NCBI GenBank assembly: GCA_024679065.1
Contig: JAGIQG010000003.1
Span: forward strand, 40,362,001-40,426,000
Reading direction: 5' to 3'
DNA from: Sphyrna mokarran
Taxonomy: Eukaryota
Length of the DNA stretch: 64,000 nt
The notes under the pieces were generated by a model, which worked only from the letters and a program-made list of their open reading frames with translations, was not told the DNA's origin and made no database searches. This document shows, in pieces, positions 1 through 13,319 of this stretch. The position numbers and the translations under genes are program-made. The first letter of the stretch is position 1; each line of letters begins with the position of its first letter.

Positions 1-180
1 CTAACTTCTAATTATGAGGGAGAGAGAGAGAACAATATTGATTGATAAACTTATGACATCAGTCTTAAATAATTCTCAGTTATCAGGAAAGTGTCATACC
101 AAGTTGTGACTTAACTTGACATTTCAACAGAAATGGTTACAAATCATTACTTAAGGAATTTTTTTTTGATTCCTTCTAAA

Positions 181-600
181 GGAACAGAGGAACAGGAGAA
201 GGCCATTTGCCTCTCAAGCCTATTCCGCCATTCAATAAGATCATGGCTGAACTGTGGCCTAATTCCATGTACCTCCTTAGGCGCATATCCCTTGATACCC
301 CTGCTCAATAAAAACTTGTCTATCTCAGACTTAAACTTAACAATTGAACCAGCATCCACCGATGTTTGAGGAAGAGAGTTTCAAACCTCCACCACTCTGT
401 GTGTAGAAGCGTTTTCTAACATCTCTCCTGAATAGCTTGACCCTAATTTTTAGATTATGGCCCCTAGTTGTAGAGGCTTGAGCTCATGAAAACCATTTAT
501 CCTAATCCATCCTTTTCCTTCCTTGTAAATATTTTGTAGACTTCTAACAGATTCACCTCTCAACCTCCTGAATTTGAGAGACTAAAAGGCTAATTTGTCT
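181..600 (-). mobile_element. CR1/HER1-type LINE, 3' fragment
   Basis: Minus-strand translation resembles the CR1 ORF2 C-terminus (SIVKFKSEIDKFLLSRGIKGY) followed by a CR1 3' UTR hairpin region. Confidence 0.8.
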
Positions 601-1499
601 AATTAATTAATCTAATCTAATTCTTAATCCACAAAACAGCAATTTTGCAGTGCAATTTACTTTCTACTTACACCTGGCTTCCCCTCTGATTTGGTACTTA
701 TCAGGTGGAATATCAGAATTCTCATTGACCAAGAAAGAATGCTCACAACAATCAAACACACAAAAACTGCTTTGTGAAGCACCAAATCCTCAAAATGAAA
801 AATGCCAGTATACAAAAGCCTTCAGGTTTTTGAAACACCAGTGACAAATGTAATTTTGTTTGTATAGTATTTTGATCAATAATACATGCTTTTCTAAAGG
901 TTTCTGTAAATTTAATTAACAATTTATTTAGGTCTAAAATGGGGCATTGCTTTCTTACTTTGGCTACCGTTATTCTGCACTTAATGATTTTTAAAAGATC
1001 AAATTTGTTTATGCAGTGCCTTACCCAGGACATTTAACATTGTCACTGTTTCTATTTTATGATTCAAAGCAGTCATTATTTTATTATTTTACTGTTTCCA
1101 CTTTTTAAGTCATTAACCATCTGTTTCAGAAATACTTAGAAATGCAGATAAATTGCAGATTGTTTACTTTTAGCAGGCATTTGAGAAACTTAAGTGACAT
1201 TGTTGAAGGAATGTCCTTAAAAAATTTCAAAAGGATAATAAAGAATATTAAAGGGCAGACAGAGCTAATAGGAGACTGGGGTTAGATTACATGACTGGTG
1301 CAGAAAAAAGCAAAGATAATCAGCCAGATGCCTTGTTCTAAACTATTCTGTGGTTCTGTTTCTTATTTTCTTTATAGACCAATGATAAGAATAGAAAATG
1401 ATAGAATTACACCTATTGCTGGAATTCTACCTCACTTAAGCAAAGCCATAAAATCCCACCCATTATGTCCATCAACATATGGATAGCTTTTAGGGTATG

Positions 1500-1822
1500 G
1501 ATTTTTTAAATTCATTTGTGGAATATGGGTGTCACTGGCTGGCCAGCATTTATTGCCCATCCCTCGTTGCCCTTGTTCAGAGGGCAGTTGAGAGTTGACC
1601 GCATTGGTGTGGTTCTAGAGTTACCAGACTGGGTAAGCTTGGCAGATTTCTTTCCCTAAAGAACATTAGTGAGGTGGGTTTTCCCAACAATTGACTCTTA
1701 ATTCCAGATTTTTTAAAATGAATTGAAATTCCATCATCTACCCCTGATCTCCAAACCCTTTCAACATTGGCTGAATTTCTAGATTAATAATCCAGTGATA
1801 ATATCACTAGGCTATTGTCTCC
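1500..1822 (-). mobile_element. tRNA-derived shark SINE (possibly MetaSINE-type) sharing its 3' tail with the L2/CR1-like LINE
   Basis: ccagcatttattgcccatccct tail and gcagatttc..ccctaaag..acattagtga core; same family as 22411-22787 and 40890-41215. Confidence 0.7.
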
Positions 1823-1989
1823 TTTCACAAGATAGTTACAGGTTAATAGTGTATTTAAAAACATTTTCCCTTGAGTGGTGGAAGTATCACATTTTCAGTG
1901 ACACTAGTGACCGAGCAACTTGGCTATTCCATTATGTGGACGCCTCATAGTTAAACTTCATCCCATCCTTTCCTATCATGTGAAAACTC

Positions 1990-2100
1990 ATTGAAACTTA
2001 ACTCTGTTTCTTTCTCCACACATACTGCTTAACCTATTAAACGGTCTGAGGATTTTTTGTTTTGATTACAGATTACAGATTTGCTGTAGTTTGCTTTTGG
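1990..2100 (+). mobile_element. Degenerate Penelope-like short element tail
   Basis: gaaacttaactctgtttctttctccaca...gatt.cag...tgctttt resembles recalled shark Penelope-derived repeats. Confidence 0.4.
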
Positions 2101-2547
2101 GTTTCATGTCATCCTTGTCTAATGTTTTTTATCATAGAAATCATTGTACAATGATCAACATTGGGGATTCAGGCTGCGTTCTTTCTTTTATAACCTAGTA
2201 CTCAGAACCATGTTCAGCAATCTTACTTCCACCTTAACTAATTAGCTGACTTGGGATTAAAACCAGAAGCTGCCTCATCTATATAGATCCACTTTACTTG
2301 GTAGTTCAGTTACCAACTTAACCGCTGCCTAAGTCCATATCCATTTTGTTGCTACCTTGTCTTTGAATTAGTCTGGGTTTCAGATAGAGTGCATTGCACA
2401 TAATGAGCAGAATTTTACAGTACCTCCTGTAAATGGAATATTCCAGTCCTGTTGAAGTGAATAAACTTATGAATGGTGTCAATTCTCTGACTTTGCCCAT
2501 ACTGTGATGATGTTGTAAAATTCTGTTCTGCGATATTAGGCAGACGT

Positions 2548-3040
2548 AAAGAACAAAGAACAAAGAAAAGTATAGCACAGTAACAGGCACTTTGGCCCTC
2601 CAAGCCTGAGCTGATGATGATGTTCTAACTAAACTAAAAATAAATGCTTTTTCCCTTACTTGAACCACACCCCCCAATTCATGTACTCATCTGGATGCCT
2701 CTGAAGTGTTGCTAATGTGCCTGCCTTTACCAGCTCCTCTGGCAATGCCCATTGCCTACTACCCTCTGCATGAAAAATTTCCTTCTGTGCATCTCCCTTA
2801 AACATTTCCCTCTCACCTTGGACGTATGTCCCCTTGTAATTGACACTTCCACCCTGAGAAAAAATCTCTGACTATCCACACAGTCTATGCCTCTCATAAT
2901 TTTGTAGACCTCTATCAGGTCTCCCCTCAGCCTCTGTCTTTCCAGTGAAAACAAACCTAGTTTATTCAGCCTCTCCTCTACCTGACACCCTTGAGACAAG
3001 GCAACATCTTGCTGTACCTTATTTGCACTTTCTTCCATGT
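2548..3040 (-). mobile_element. CR1/HER1-type LINE, 3' fragment
   Basis: (aaagaac)n tail; ORF 2727-3062 contains [29 protein letters not shown]. Confidence 0.9.
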
Positions 3041-5099
3041 CCTTCTGATAGTGTAGTAACAAGTTTGGATGTTATTGTGAGCCAATTGCAGAAGTCATGC
3101 TGGATTTTTCTTTTAATTTTGTATGCAAGTACAATGCCCCCATTTGCTAATTCAGGATGTAAGTTATTAAAATCAGTATGTATAAAGTATTAGAGAAGCC
3201 AAAATACTTGAAAATGAATCATTGTAATCAGAATTTTTTTTGGCAAAAGTATATTTGTATAATATCTGAAAGAACATTACCCAGATTCCAAAATGGTCAT
3301 CACACAATAGAATTAGTATTCACAATATCTATTGCGGTATTAGGTAAGACAACAAAGCAGTTCTTGTATGGTGTGGGCAAAGCAATTACAACACAAGTTT
3401 ATGAAGAACTGTCTTTAAGTGTATTTATCTAAAATTAACTGTTGTTCTAAAATAACATGGGTGTGAAGTACTTTTTATTAATTCAGTGTGGAAACCAGAT
3501 TAATTTTTCACAAAGGAAAGCAGGCGGGCTCATTAAATCCTCATAAGTTGTCTTGCATAATGAAGTAATTAATCTGTTTTCTCCATAAGATACTTTTCTT
3601 ACAGTATTCATTTAAATAGAAGGGTATTTCACTTGGTAAAGAATTTCTTCACTTAATGTTAACAGATGCAAGATCAAAAATCCAGCAAGTACAAATTATT
3701 TGAAAACATTTATTAAAATGAATGATTTTCTGGGTCTCATCTCAGTGACTGTTCTTGGAACAAAAACCACGCCAAAGAAATAATTTTGACAGGTCTTTTT
3801 GTTAAAAATATACTTAGAACTCAGGAGGCATTAAAGGGGAATATTCTTCAATTGAGATAAACATTTGCTATAAATCGCACATAATCTTGAATTACTTACA
3901 ATGAATGATGTTCAGACAGTCTTCTGATGGAATACTTTCTCTCAGATGCACGATTAATTCCAGCAGTCAGTTGAGCTTCTGATGTCAATCACATTAAAGT
4001 GAGTAATTGCCACAAATGGAATGTGTTCAACAAAATGACATTGTTTTGCTGATGAAAGAATCCGTGGGCAGGATTTTCTGGCCCTTCTTGCTGGCAGGAA
4101 TTTACAGGCTCACTGAGAGTGATCCCTTTAAGGACTGCTGGATTAGCAGCTCACCATCTTGCAAAACCTGGCTAGTACCACCCGTTTGTACCTAAACATT
4201 GCAAATAGTATTCTTCAATCTGTATATGTGCCCAATTCACGTATACAAGTCATTTCTGCCTGAAAAAGGTGCCTTCATGAAATTTGGACAAAGTGAGCCT
4301 TTAACTCAGCCACTGAGGTTCCCAGTTGTGCCTCCCCCCCATGCCTACACCCATACCTTTAATTTTCAACAGCAAATAGCTGATCATTCAATTGAAAATC
4401 TCCTCCACGTGTTTGTGTCTTCCTTAATATTGATTTAATGAAACCTGCTATTTTAAACTGTTTTATGCTTATTGAAATCTATGGCAGCAGTCATATCCAT
4501 GGTAGGTACTAACTGCTAATTGTGCTAAAAAATTTCAAAAATCAAAGCACAGAAATCCTTTATCAGTGCTTTCTTCAGTTAGAATGTTATAGCGCACAAA
4601 GTTTCTAATGAGGTACATTTCATTGAGATTATTGTACCAATGCCTGCTTGTATATATAGCAATAGACCTTGGATAGCGAGTTGCAAGATCGTAATTCAAT
4701 GAAGGAATTCCAATAGCATTGGTCGAGAGACTTGTGAAAGTCATCTGAACCCTGACATTGAATTACAACCTTCAGTTTTGAGAGTGTTATGTTTGCCATG
4801 ATACAAGCCAGCACAGTTCAACGTTGGTTCAGTGCCCAGAATAGTACTTAGCTATTACTTTTTAAAGCTGTATTGTAATCTTCACTTAATGAAATCTAAA
4901 GATCAAAAACATATTTGAACACAAAATTGTGCATATGGCTTCTATGTGGTAAAGTTGTATTATATTGTAGTTCTGTGTAGCATTGGGATTCTGGTCCTGA
5001 AATTCAAAGCTGCAGCTTCAAGCTCCAACTTCTGTCATTTAGAAATGAGAGACTGGTCTAAGTTAAAAGAATATAGAGATAGTGATCCGTGTATTGCCA

Positions 5100-5222
5100 C
5101 ACAACAACAACTTGTGTTTATATACAGCATTTCACACAGTGAAACATCCCAATGTGCTTCACAGGATCATTAAACAAATGAATTTGACACTGAGTCACAA
5201 AGAGGAGATATTAAGGCAGATC
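5100..5222 (-). mobile_element. L2-type LINE 3' tail fragment
   Basis: acaacaacaacttg..tttatat..gc...aaacatcccaa.g.gcttcacagg motif. Confidence 0.55.
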
Positions 5223-7100
5223 CGTTAATTATTCACCAATCTGTCTGGTCGAGAATTCAAAATGGATTTCTAGTATTAAGTTCTACCTGGACATTGATAG
5301 AATTGAAGTCTTTTTATAGTAGATGCGTACTTTACAGGCTAGGGAAAGAATTAATGTGCAGTCAGTGTACTTTCATTCTCTGCTGTAACAGTTGTTCATA
5401 TTGTTGCACATTGTTAACAAAAGTACAAAACATTTAAGAAGATACTTTATACAACATGAGAGATTGACTGATCTCTACAATTGCTCCATCAGAGTTTGGG
5501 AGGTACTCATGGCACAGAAAGTAAATAACAGTCACTTCCATAGCTCCAGTTCTAAATAAACATCCTTAAAATATTTTTGTACTTGGATGTTTGTACAACA
5601 AATTAATACAAACACATATGGAACAAACTCGGTGTTTACTTACACCAAATCTATATCTGTGACTTAGTAATAAGTTGATTTGTAATGTTTTCTGCTAAGT
5701 TGTGAAGGAACAGCAGCTCTTGGCATTTGAGAGCTAATTTGGCCTTTAAATGCTGCAGTGCAATTCCAGATAGTGGTACATGGACATAACTGTAAACCAC
5801 AGAACTGTAAGAGGTTGTTGAAGAATACAACAGGAACACGCTGTGTCATCATGTTCCCTGTACTTAATCTCATTTGTTAAGAATAGTGATTGGAGAATTA
5901 GTGCCGAGTCAAGGACATAGATGGTACACCCAATTTGTCACTGCTTCACTTTAAAATCACAATGCTGTAAGTTAGCTGTGTCATGCTCCACACTTATTTT
6001 CCCAGTGATCACAGTTCAGAGATTCTTCAAAATTTCCTTTACAGTGTATATAAAAGAAAAAGATAGTCTCAGTGATTTCTACCAGTAAGATTACAAATTA
6101 ATGGTTTCTTTCTTATTTTGTCTACTTGTGCAAATATGAAGGGCAACGAAAAATATCTATTTTTATCAGCTTTAAATTATCCAAGTACGATTTATGTTTC
6201 AGAGAAACAGGCAGTTGTTGAATAGACTATTTCTGGTGCACCTGCCCTCTACTCAGAGGTGTTTGTGTACCATGGTTGCTTGCTGTAAACTCTCACGGAT
6301 TTTAGAGAATTATTGCCGATAACTCACAGTTTATTCTATGTACGTTTTGCATGTATCAGGATTCTCAATATATTTCATAGTAGCAGTGCACAGAGGTTCT
6401 AAAATAGAACCTACTACCTGTCCTACTTTTCTGTTTCTTCTACCTTGTTGGCATTAATCACAGGAACTGTGCATTGCCAGAGAAGAAGAGAATTACCTAA
6501 ATAACGTCAACAATACTTGAATCTCTGTTTTTTGCACCTTGCACCTTTAAAATATGTTTGAACTGATGATTAGTTTCTCCTTTTGTAGAAAATCAGAGTC
6601 TTTGCTACATGTGAAAGTCCAATGATTGCAGAGATTTTGGTACCATTAATAATAAAGGTGTTACAATGAACAATGATCTTCAGAGCTTGTAAGTAATCTC
6701 TGATCATTACAAAGCAGCTACATTGATTAATGTTTATTATTAAGCAGCACATTTAAAGGGACATTAGCAAATGGCACTTAGACGGAATTACACTTTATCA
6801 GACGTGCTTGATGAATTACTTTGCGCAAAACAGTCTATTTCTGGAATGCGCTTTGACAGAAGTAAGGGACATGTTTTAGACCAATTGCAAGAGTGAAATC
6901 TCTGGGACTGAACCATGTTATAGCACTGTCAGACATTTTCTTCCTTTACTTGACTACATTTTCCAGCAGTAATGTGAAATGGTCTGAACAAAGAAGTAAG
7001 AAAACAAACTGCTTAACATTCAATCAAAATGAATCTTACCATTTAATGAATCTTATCGAGACATTTATAAAGTTAAACATGACAACAATTAACATGACTT

Positions 7101-7410
7101 GGGGCGGCATGGTGGCATAGTGGTTAACATTGTTGCCTCTCAGTGCAAGGGACCCTGGTTCAATTTCCAGCTTGGGTCACTATCTGTGTGCAGTTTGCAC
7201 ATTCTTCCCATGTTTGCGTATGTTTCTTCTGAGTGTTCTGGTCTCCTCCCACAGTTCAAACATGTGGGTTAGGTGGATTGGCCATGTGAAATTGACGATT
7301 GTTTAGCAAAGTAAATAGGTGGGGTTACGGGAATAGGGCCTGGGTGGGATTGTTGTCGGTGCAGACTCGATGAGCTAAATGGTTCCTTCTGCGCTGTAGG
7401 ACTTCTATGA
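7101..7410 (+). mobile_element. HE1-type V-SINE, full length
   Basis: tRNA head with A/B boxes (ggtggcatagtggtt; ggttcaattt), V-domain, CR1-type tail ending ttctatga. Confidence 0.9.
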
Positions 7411-7928
7411 CTATTGGTTATATTTTTAGATACACTAAGAATTATTCTGATACTTCTCAGGTATTCAAGTTGTAATAGTAGTCATCCAATCATTTCTTTT
7501 AATTGCTATAATGGATGTGCCATTCTTGTCCAGGCCCCTTGTGTCTCAATGTCTGTTAACTACACTGGGTTTCTTTGAGTTGATTGGATTGAGGCCTCCA
7601 TATATTTAACATGATATCCCCACCATCTATCAACTCCATGATGCATTGATGACAAACAATCCAAAACCTATTCACCTCAGTATATTTACTGCTCGAAACT
7701 TCTGATTAAAAAATTGTTGCTCGTGGCATTGACTATGTAATAAAATATGCTTGACTGCTTTGATCCTAACATCAAAGATATATCTCAGATGTGTGAATCT
7801 GGATGAATGTGTGGCCGCTGCTGCATTAAGTGAGGATTCACAATGAGAATTTATGAAGGATTCCGCTTGATTTCTTCCCAGTGGGCCCTGTGGAGAATTT
7901 GAAGGATTAATTAGTAAATAGAAAAATT

Positions 7929-8606
7929 GGATTGAATTTCTCCTGCCCTCTGATGGCAGGCTTGGAGGTTGGGGAGGTGAAAGGACAGAAAAATAGTGGT
8001 GGTGGGAGAGGTGGGGGGGGGGGCACATCGAGACAACTCCTCAATGCATTCTTGCTCCTGGAAATGTTTTTGGGGGTGGGATGGGAAGTGGCTCGGTTGC
8101 ATGCACCATGGAGATATTCCATAATTTTATTGAATATTGGAGCAGTCTCGAGACCAGATGGTCTGCTGCTAATCCTATTTCTTATGTTCAGCCAATTAAC
8201 AGTCTTAAGACCCCAGGTGGGTGGCTATTTTGTGGTTTTGCATTTTGCCAGCAGCAAGTTGGCCCTATGCCACATGCAGAAGCCTCCAGCTCAATGAAGG
8301 CAATCTCCCCATGTTCTAATGGCAGGGTCATATTCAAGGAAGGTCACACCAAACAAATTGACTCAGGGATTTCCTTTCTACTGTGAGGGGTCTATCAGCT
8401 TCAGCCCATCACAGTTATTAATTTAATTTTACATTTTTGAATGTGCCTTCATGTAGAGGTGCCTTTACGGTGTCTGAACTGTGCTCATTTCCCAATGGAG
8501 CTGCTATGGCTCCAAAACCGGTAGTCCATTGATTGAGCTGGCATCATCAGGAGCCTGCCCATTGTCCTTGATGAGAAGGCTGATTGTGAAGGAGAAAGAT
8601 TATGCC
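7929..8606. mobile_element. Degenerate non-autonomous DNA transposon (Harbinger-like)
   Basis: GC-richer block with imperfect GG..aatt/ttctcc-type termini similar to other copies in the window. Confidence 0.35.
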
Positions 8607-8659
8607 ACAGGTCCTGCACCTTGCAAATATGGGCTCAGCACTTCTATTTGATTCTGAAA

Positions 8660-8957
8660 CATAGAATCCCACAATGCAAAAGGAAGCCATTTGGCGCATC
8701 AATTCTGCATCAACCACAATCTTACTCAGGCCCTATCCCCATTACCCCATGCATTTATCCTAGCTGGTCCCCATGATACTAAGAGGCAACTTAGCATAGT
8801 TAATCCACCTAACCCACACATCTTTTGGCCTGTGGGTGGAAACCCATGCAGACAGGGAAAATATGCAAGCTCTACACAGACAGTGATCCAAGCAAGCAAT
8901 CAAACTCGGGTGCCTGGAACTGTGAGGCAGCAGTGCTAACCATTGTGCTACCATGCC
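8660..8957 (-). mobile_element. HE1-type V-SINE
   Basis: catagaatccc tail ... gtgaggcagcagtgctaaccattgtgctaccatgcc head (reverse). Confidence 0.9.
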
Positions 8958-9050
8958 TTCCCTGGGATCTTGAAGCGCACAAGAAAATCCCGACAATTTA
9001 TTTCTATTAATTCTTCCTGATGTCACATCATATATGTTCTGCTCAAATTG

Positions 9051-9258
9051 TAGAATTACTACAGTGCAGAAGAGGTCAATTGGCCCATTGAGTTTCCACT
9101 GACTCTTTGGCAGAGCATCTCAACCATGACCTTACCCTCACCCTACCTCTGCAACTCCACACATTTCACATGGCTAACCCATCTAACCTACACATCCTGG
9201 GACACTAAGGAGAAACTTAGCATTTCCAATCAACCTAACCTGCACATCTTTGACTGTG
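9051..9258 (-). mobile_element. HE1-type V-SINE, 3' half
   Basis: tagaattactacagtgcagaagagg ... ccaatcaacctaacctgcacatcttt. Confidence 0.8.
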
Positions 9259-9475
9259 TTGGAACAGATGGTGAGATAGAGCATGACTAGTGACTGTTTT
9301 AACTCAAACATTTTATCTATGAGGTAAAAGCTTGTTATAGATAGAAACTATTTTTATAGGATATTTTAATTACAACTCACGATATTATTATATTGTTTCT
9401 GATTTCTTTGAACTGGTAGTAAAATTAGCACATGCCAACTTGTTAAAATTGAACCTACCCAAACAGCAAACATAG

Positions 9476-10454
9476 AGACTGGGATTCTTGCTCCAAAAAA
9501 AGCTAATTGCCCAATGGGTTGGAAAATAGGACGATTTCCCACCTGTTTTTTGGGCATACTTGGCTGCTGAACGAATCAATGGTACCTGTGCATTACAGAG
9601 GGCCTCATTCCGCTGAAGGGCTGGCAGCATAGTACTGAATAGGCCACTGTGCATCTGCCGATCTGTCAGTTGAGAGATTCATGCATATGCACTGTTCCAC
9701 CTCCCATCCCGGCAATTATTGGCCTCTCAATCTCTCCTCTTAATTTCTTTTGTAGTGCCCCAACAATCGCCGGCCTATCCAACCACACCTCCATGATTGA
9801 TGGCCTCCCTGATCATCCCCCCAATCACTAACCCAACTGAAACTCTTCCCACTCCTCCTGCAGGTCACCCCCAACCACTAACTCTCCATGTCCAGCCCTG
9901 ATGCTTGCCCTCATGGCCAGATCCAATTGTCCCCTCCCTCACAATCCTGATCAGATTGTAGAATGTGCAGCAGGTTCCCCATCACCAACACTACCAGTTT
10001 CCCTCCCCATCAGGCTATGCCCCCTCCCGCTGCCACTTTTGGCCCTGCCAGGTGCTTGGTGGGCAGTGCCAGAATGCCTCGTGGGCAATGCCAGGGTGCC
10101 AGGCTGGCACAGAAAAGCTGGCACTGCCCAAGGGGCATCCTCCCATGCCCCCAACCTTCGGGGGGATGACCATGCCTGTTCCTTGTTAGTGGGATGCCGT
10201 TGTAAACTCTGCTGTTGGGAACCTCTCCCAGCATGGGAGGGGAGACACTATCATGGGCCTGCTAATCATATGGAAGTAGCGATTTCTTTAATGTAACCAG
10301 CACCACACTGGGGCTGATTACACTGAACGAAAGGGCTTGGGAAACTTGCAATTGGCTGGACGCCAGTTGTGAGTCCAGCCAGAGGTCCCTGGTTGATATC
10401 TCCTGACTCTCTGCTCTACTCAAGCAGCACAGCGGGCTAGGAGTATCCTGGTCC
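9476..10454. mobile_element. Non-autonomous Harbinger-like DNA element (~1 kb, GC-rich)
   Basis: Imperfect TIRs (agactgggattctt / ggagtatcctggtcc) and internal ggcagtgccagg/ctggcactgcc motifs shared with 35284-36272. Confidence 0.55.
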
Positions 10455-10947
10455 AATTCTCCAGAAATTGGAATTTCTCTGCCTATTCAGCAACACTTGA
10501 AAGTGGAAATATACAACATCCAACCACATTACCAACAACTGGAGATGTTTTCCCAACATTTTCTCATTTTAATATTTTTGATGGTCAGATCTGAACTGTT
10601 TTCAGATTGTTTAGTGTTGATAGTGTCAAAAAAAATCCAGAAAGTATTTGAGCAAACCAGTAGGAGGAGCCATTCACCAATTGTATAACAATATTCATAT
10701 AAAAATGTTTTCAGACTAATAGTAAACTTACAGATTTGTCTTAATTGTCAGGTGCATAATTCCTGTAAAGTTACCCAGTCTCTGAATTCTCTAAGCATTG
10801 GGGTAGTAGTGTTTGTGGAGTCAAGGCTTAAAGTTATAAAAAACCGACCTTGAAAATAAGAAATATTTGTTTTAAAATACCTTGAAGCTTTTTGAAATAG
10901 ATGGATAATTGTGATAAAAATGCACAGAAGGATTATTTGCTTAAATG

Positions 10948-11223
10948 TACGGTGGCACAGTGCTGTCGCATGGTGGCAGGGGTCTGGGTTCAATTCCTGG
11001 CTTGGGTGACTATCTATGTGGAGTCTGCACATTTTCCTTGTATCTGCATGGGTTTCCTCCAGTTTCCTCCTACAGTTGGAGAGATGCGTTGGTTAGGTGC
11101 ATTGGCCATGCTAAATTGCCCCCAACTGTATCTGAACAGACACCAGATTGTAGCGACTACAAGATTTTCACAGTAATCTCATTGCAGTGTTAATATAAGC
11201 TACTTGTGACACTAATAAATAAA
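10948..11223 (+). mobile_element. V-SINE variant with a non-HE1 3' tail
   Basis: HE1-like head and V domain, then ttttcacagtaatctcattgcagtgttaat...tgtgacactaataaataaa instead of the CR1 tail. Confidence 0.75.
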
Positions 11224-11896
11224 TCTTAAATCATAATTTGTGTATTGTGGTACTTAGTGAATTCTGCCAGGCCAGTTTACTGAAATCTACAGGCAAACCA
11301 AACTCGCATTTACATAGCTGAATCATTTTAATTCAAGTCCTTTAGTTGAGTAATTTTAGTTGAGGATTTGCTCTGTGAGAACTTAATCTTTTGTGATAAG
11401 CCTTCTTTGAGATCAGTTTGTTTTGGGAAAAAAAGTATTAATACAAGTTGTCATTGTTTCATTTGATGTACAGATTTTGTTGTCAGGGAATGTTGATGAA
11501 CTATTCATGTATGTTTTCTATATGTATTTCTGACTCCTTGCTAATGGCTTTAGTTTTCTAAGTAGATCTTTCCTGAGGCATTGGTAACACAAGTTGCAGT
11601 TAAAGAATTTAAACAGATAACAATCCTTTGGCCATTAGACAGAAAGAACAAATTCACAAGGGAACAAAATCTCTCTCAACAAAAAAAGCATTATATTAAA
11701 AACTGAAAGACCCATCTTTACAGACCACTGCTGTATTAGTTGAGTATGTTAGCGAAGATCTAACTTCAGTGCAACTTGAAGGACTAAAGGAAAATACAAT
11801 TATGGAGGAAAAAGACAAAAGAAGAACATTGAGAAGAGATTAGCAGTACCAGCACGTGTGGAAGTATTGGGGGAGGATGGAGAGTGTTTACTTTGC

Positions 11897-12637
11897 TTTG
11901 ATTTGATTTATTATTGTTACATGTATTAGCATACAGTGAAAATTATTGTTTCTTGCGCGCTATTTGGAATAAACATACCATTCATAGAAAAGGAAATTAG
12001 AGAATAAGAATGTAGCGTTACAGTCGTAGTTACAGTGTAGAGAAAAATCAACTCAGTGCGAGGTAGGTCCATTCAACAGCCTGACAGCAGCAGGGAAGAA
12101 GGTCTTCTTGAGTCGATTGGTATGTGACCTCAGATTTTTGTATCTTTTTCCCGACAGAAGAAGATGGAAGAAGGAATGTCTGGAGTGCTTGAGGTCCTTA
12201 ATTATGCTGGCTGCTTTTCTGAGGCAGTGGGAAATATAGACAAAGTCAATGGGTGGGAGGCTGGTTTGCGTGCGGCCTTGGGCAAGCTATGATACAACCA
12301 GAAAGAATGCCTTCTATGGTGCAAGTGTAGAAGTTGGTGAGAGTCAAAGCTGACATATCAAACTTCCTAAATCTTCTGAGAAAGTAGAGGCTTTGATGGG
12401 CTTTCTTAACAAAAGAAAGCACAGGGGGACCAGGATGGTTTGTTGGTGATCGGGACTCCTAAGAACTTGAAGCTCTCAACCATTTCTGCTTCATCATCAT
12501 TAATGTAGACAAGTGCATGTTCTCCTCTATGCTTCTGAAGTCGATGACAATCTCTTCTGTATAGTGACATTGAGGGACAGATTATTGTCGCTGCACCAGT
12601 TCACCAAATGCTTTCTCTCATTCCTGTACTCTGTCTT
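11897..12637 (-). mobile_element. Rex1/Babar-type LINE, 3' fragment
   Basis: (tttga)n tail; minus-strand translation EYRNERKHLVNWCSDNNLSLNV. Confidence 0.8.
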
Positions 12638-12699
12638 TTCATAGTGAAGATTGCAGGATTCTAAGAAGCTTCCATGAAATGAAAGCAAGGAGCAAAATT

Positions 12700-12852
12700 T
12701 TACCTGCAAAGCAGGAAGTTCTGTAAATGAAAAATGCAAACTGTAAATGGAGAGAGGTGGCACAGGCAGACAGTGCACATCTACAACACAACAAAAAGCA
12801 GCACAGTATGAATAACATTTTGATGAGTTCATCAGGTTGGCCCAGGTAAGTG
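12700..12852 (+). pseudogene. Harbinger Myb/SANT-like ORF remnant
   Basis: WREVAQA...QYE*HFDEFIRLAQ|gtaagt resembles the W..VA..VSA...QC.K.FNDL.R.AR|V exon end of Harbinger Myb-like proteins. Confidence 0.4.
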
Positions 12853-12938
12853 AAAGTACCGAGTACATGTGCATTCAAAAGATAATCTGGAAGTATGGTT
12901 CAATACCAAATAGAGCTAACATTGGGGACCACAATGTT

Positions 12939-13185
12939 AACTGTAATATGCATCTATTTTCTTCTCCTCCCTGATTCCAACTCAGGTTCTTCACTATCCC
13001 AGCACATGTGCACTTGCTCCTGATTGGCTCGGCTTCCCATGTGGCCTCTCCAAGTTTCTGATGTGGTCATGGTGTCCCCAAAGTATTATCTCCTTAAACA
13101 GGCAGTGTTAGCACGCTGACATGCTGTCTCCTCTTTCGCACGACAAGATAATATGAAATAGAAGGGATCAGAACAGAACTGATGT
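12939..13185 (+). repeat. Left arm of a 247-bp inverted repeat
   Basis: Ungapped manual alignment to the reverse complement of 14229-14475, 18 mismatches. Confidence 0.95.
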
Positions 13186-13319
13186 TTACACTATGTAACT
13201 GAAGAGAGGTTAATGTGTACCAGATACCTCACCAATGTCTCCTTTCACTGCTTAGTCAGTATATTTCTCTGGCAGAGATAGATAAGTACCAGTCAAAAAT
13301 CTCCTTCTTCAGGTTGCTA

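Noticed and set aside
7101-7180. tRNA genes
   Set aside because: A/B-box sequences are SINE heads, always followed by the V-domain and tail
9901-10296. Overlapping ORFs in GC-rich blocks (also 35636-36088)
   Set aside because: Stop-poor GC-rich interiors of non-autonomous DNA elements; no protein motifs
12780-12852. Perfect CAG|gtaagt donor as another KCNAB1 first exon (beta1.2/1.3)
   Set aside because: The upstream frame has stops and resembles a Harbinger Myb-like exon, not a GMxYR/GMPHR-ending Kvbeta exon; no beta1.2/1.3 exon was found in the window
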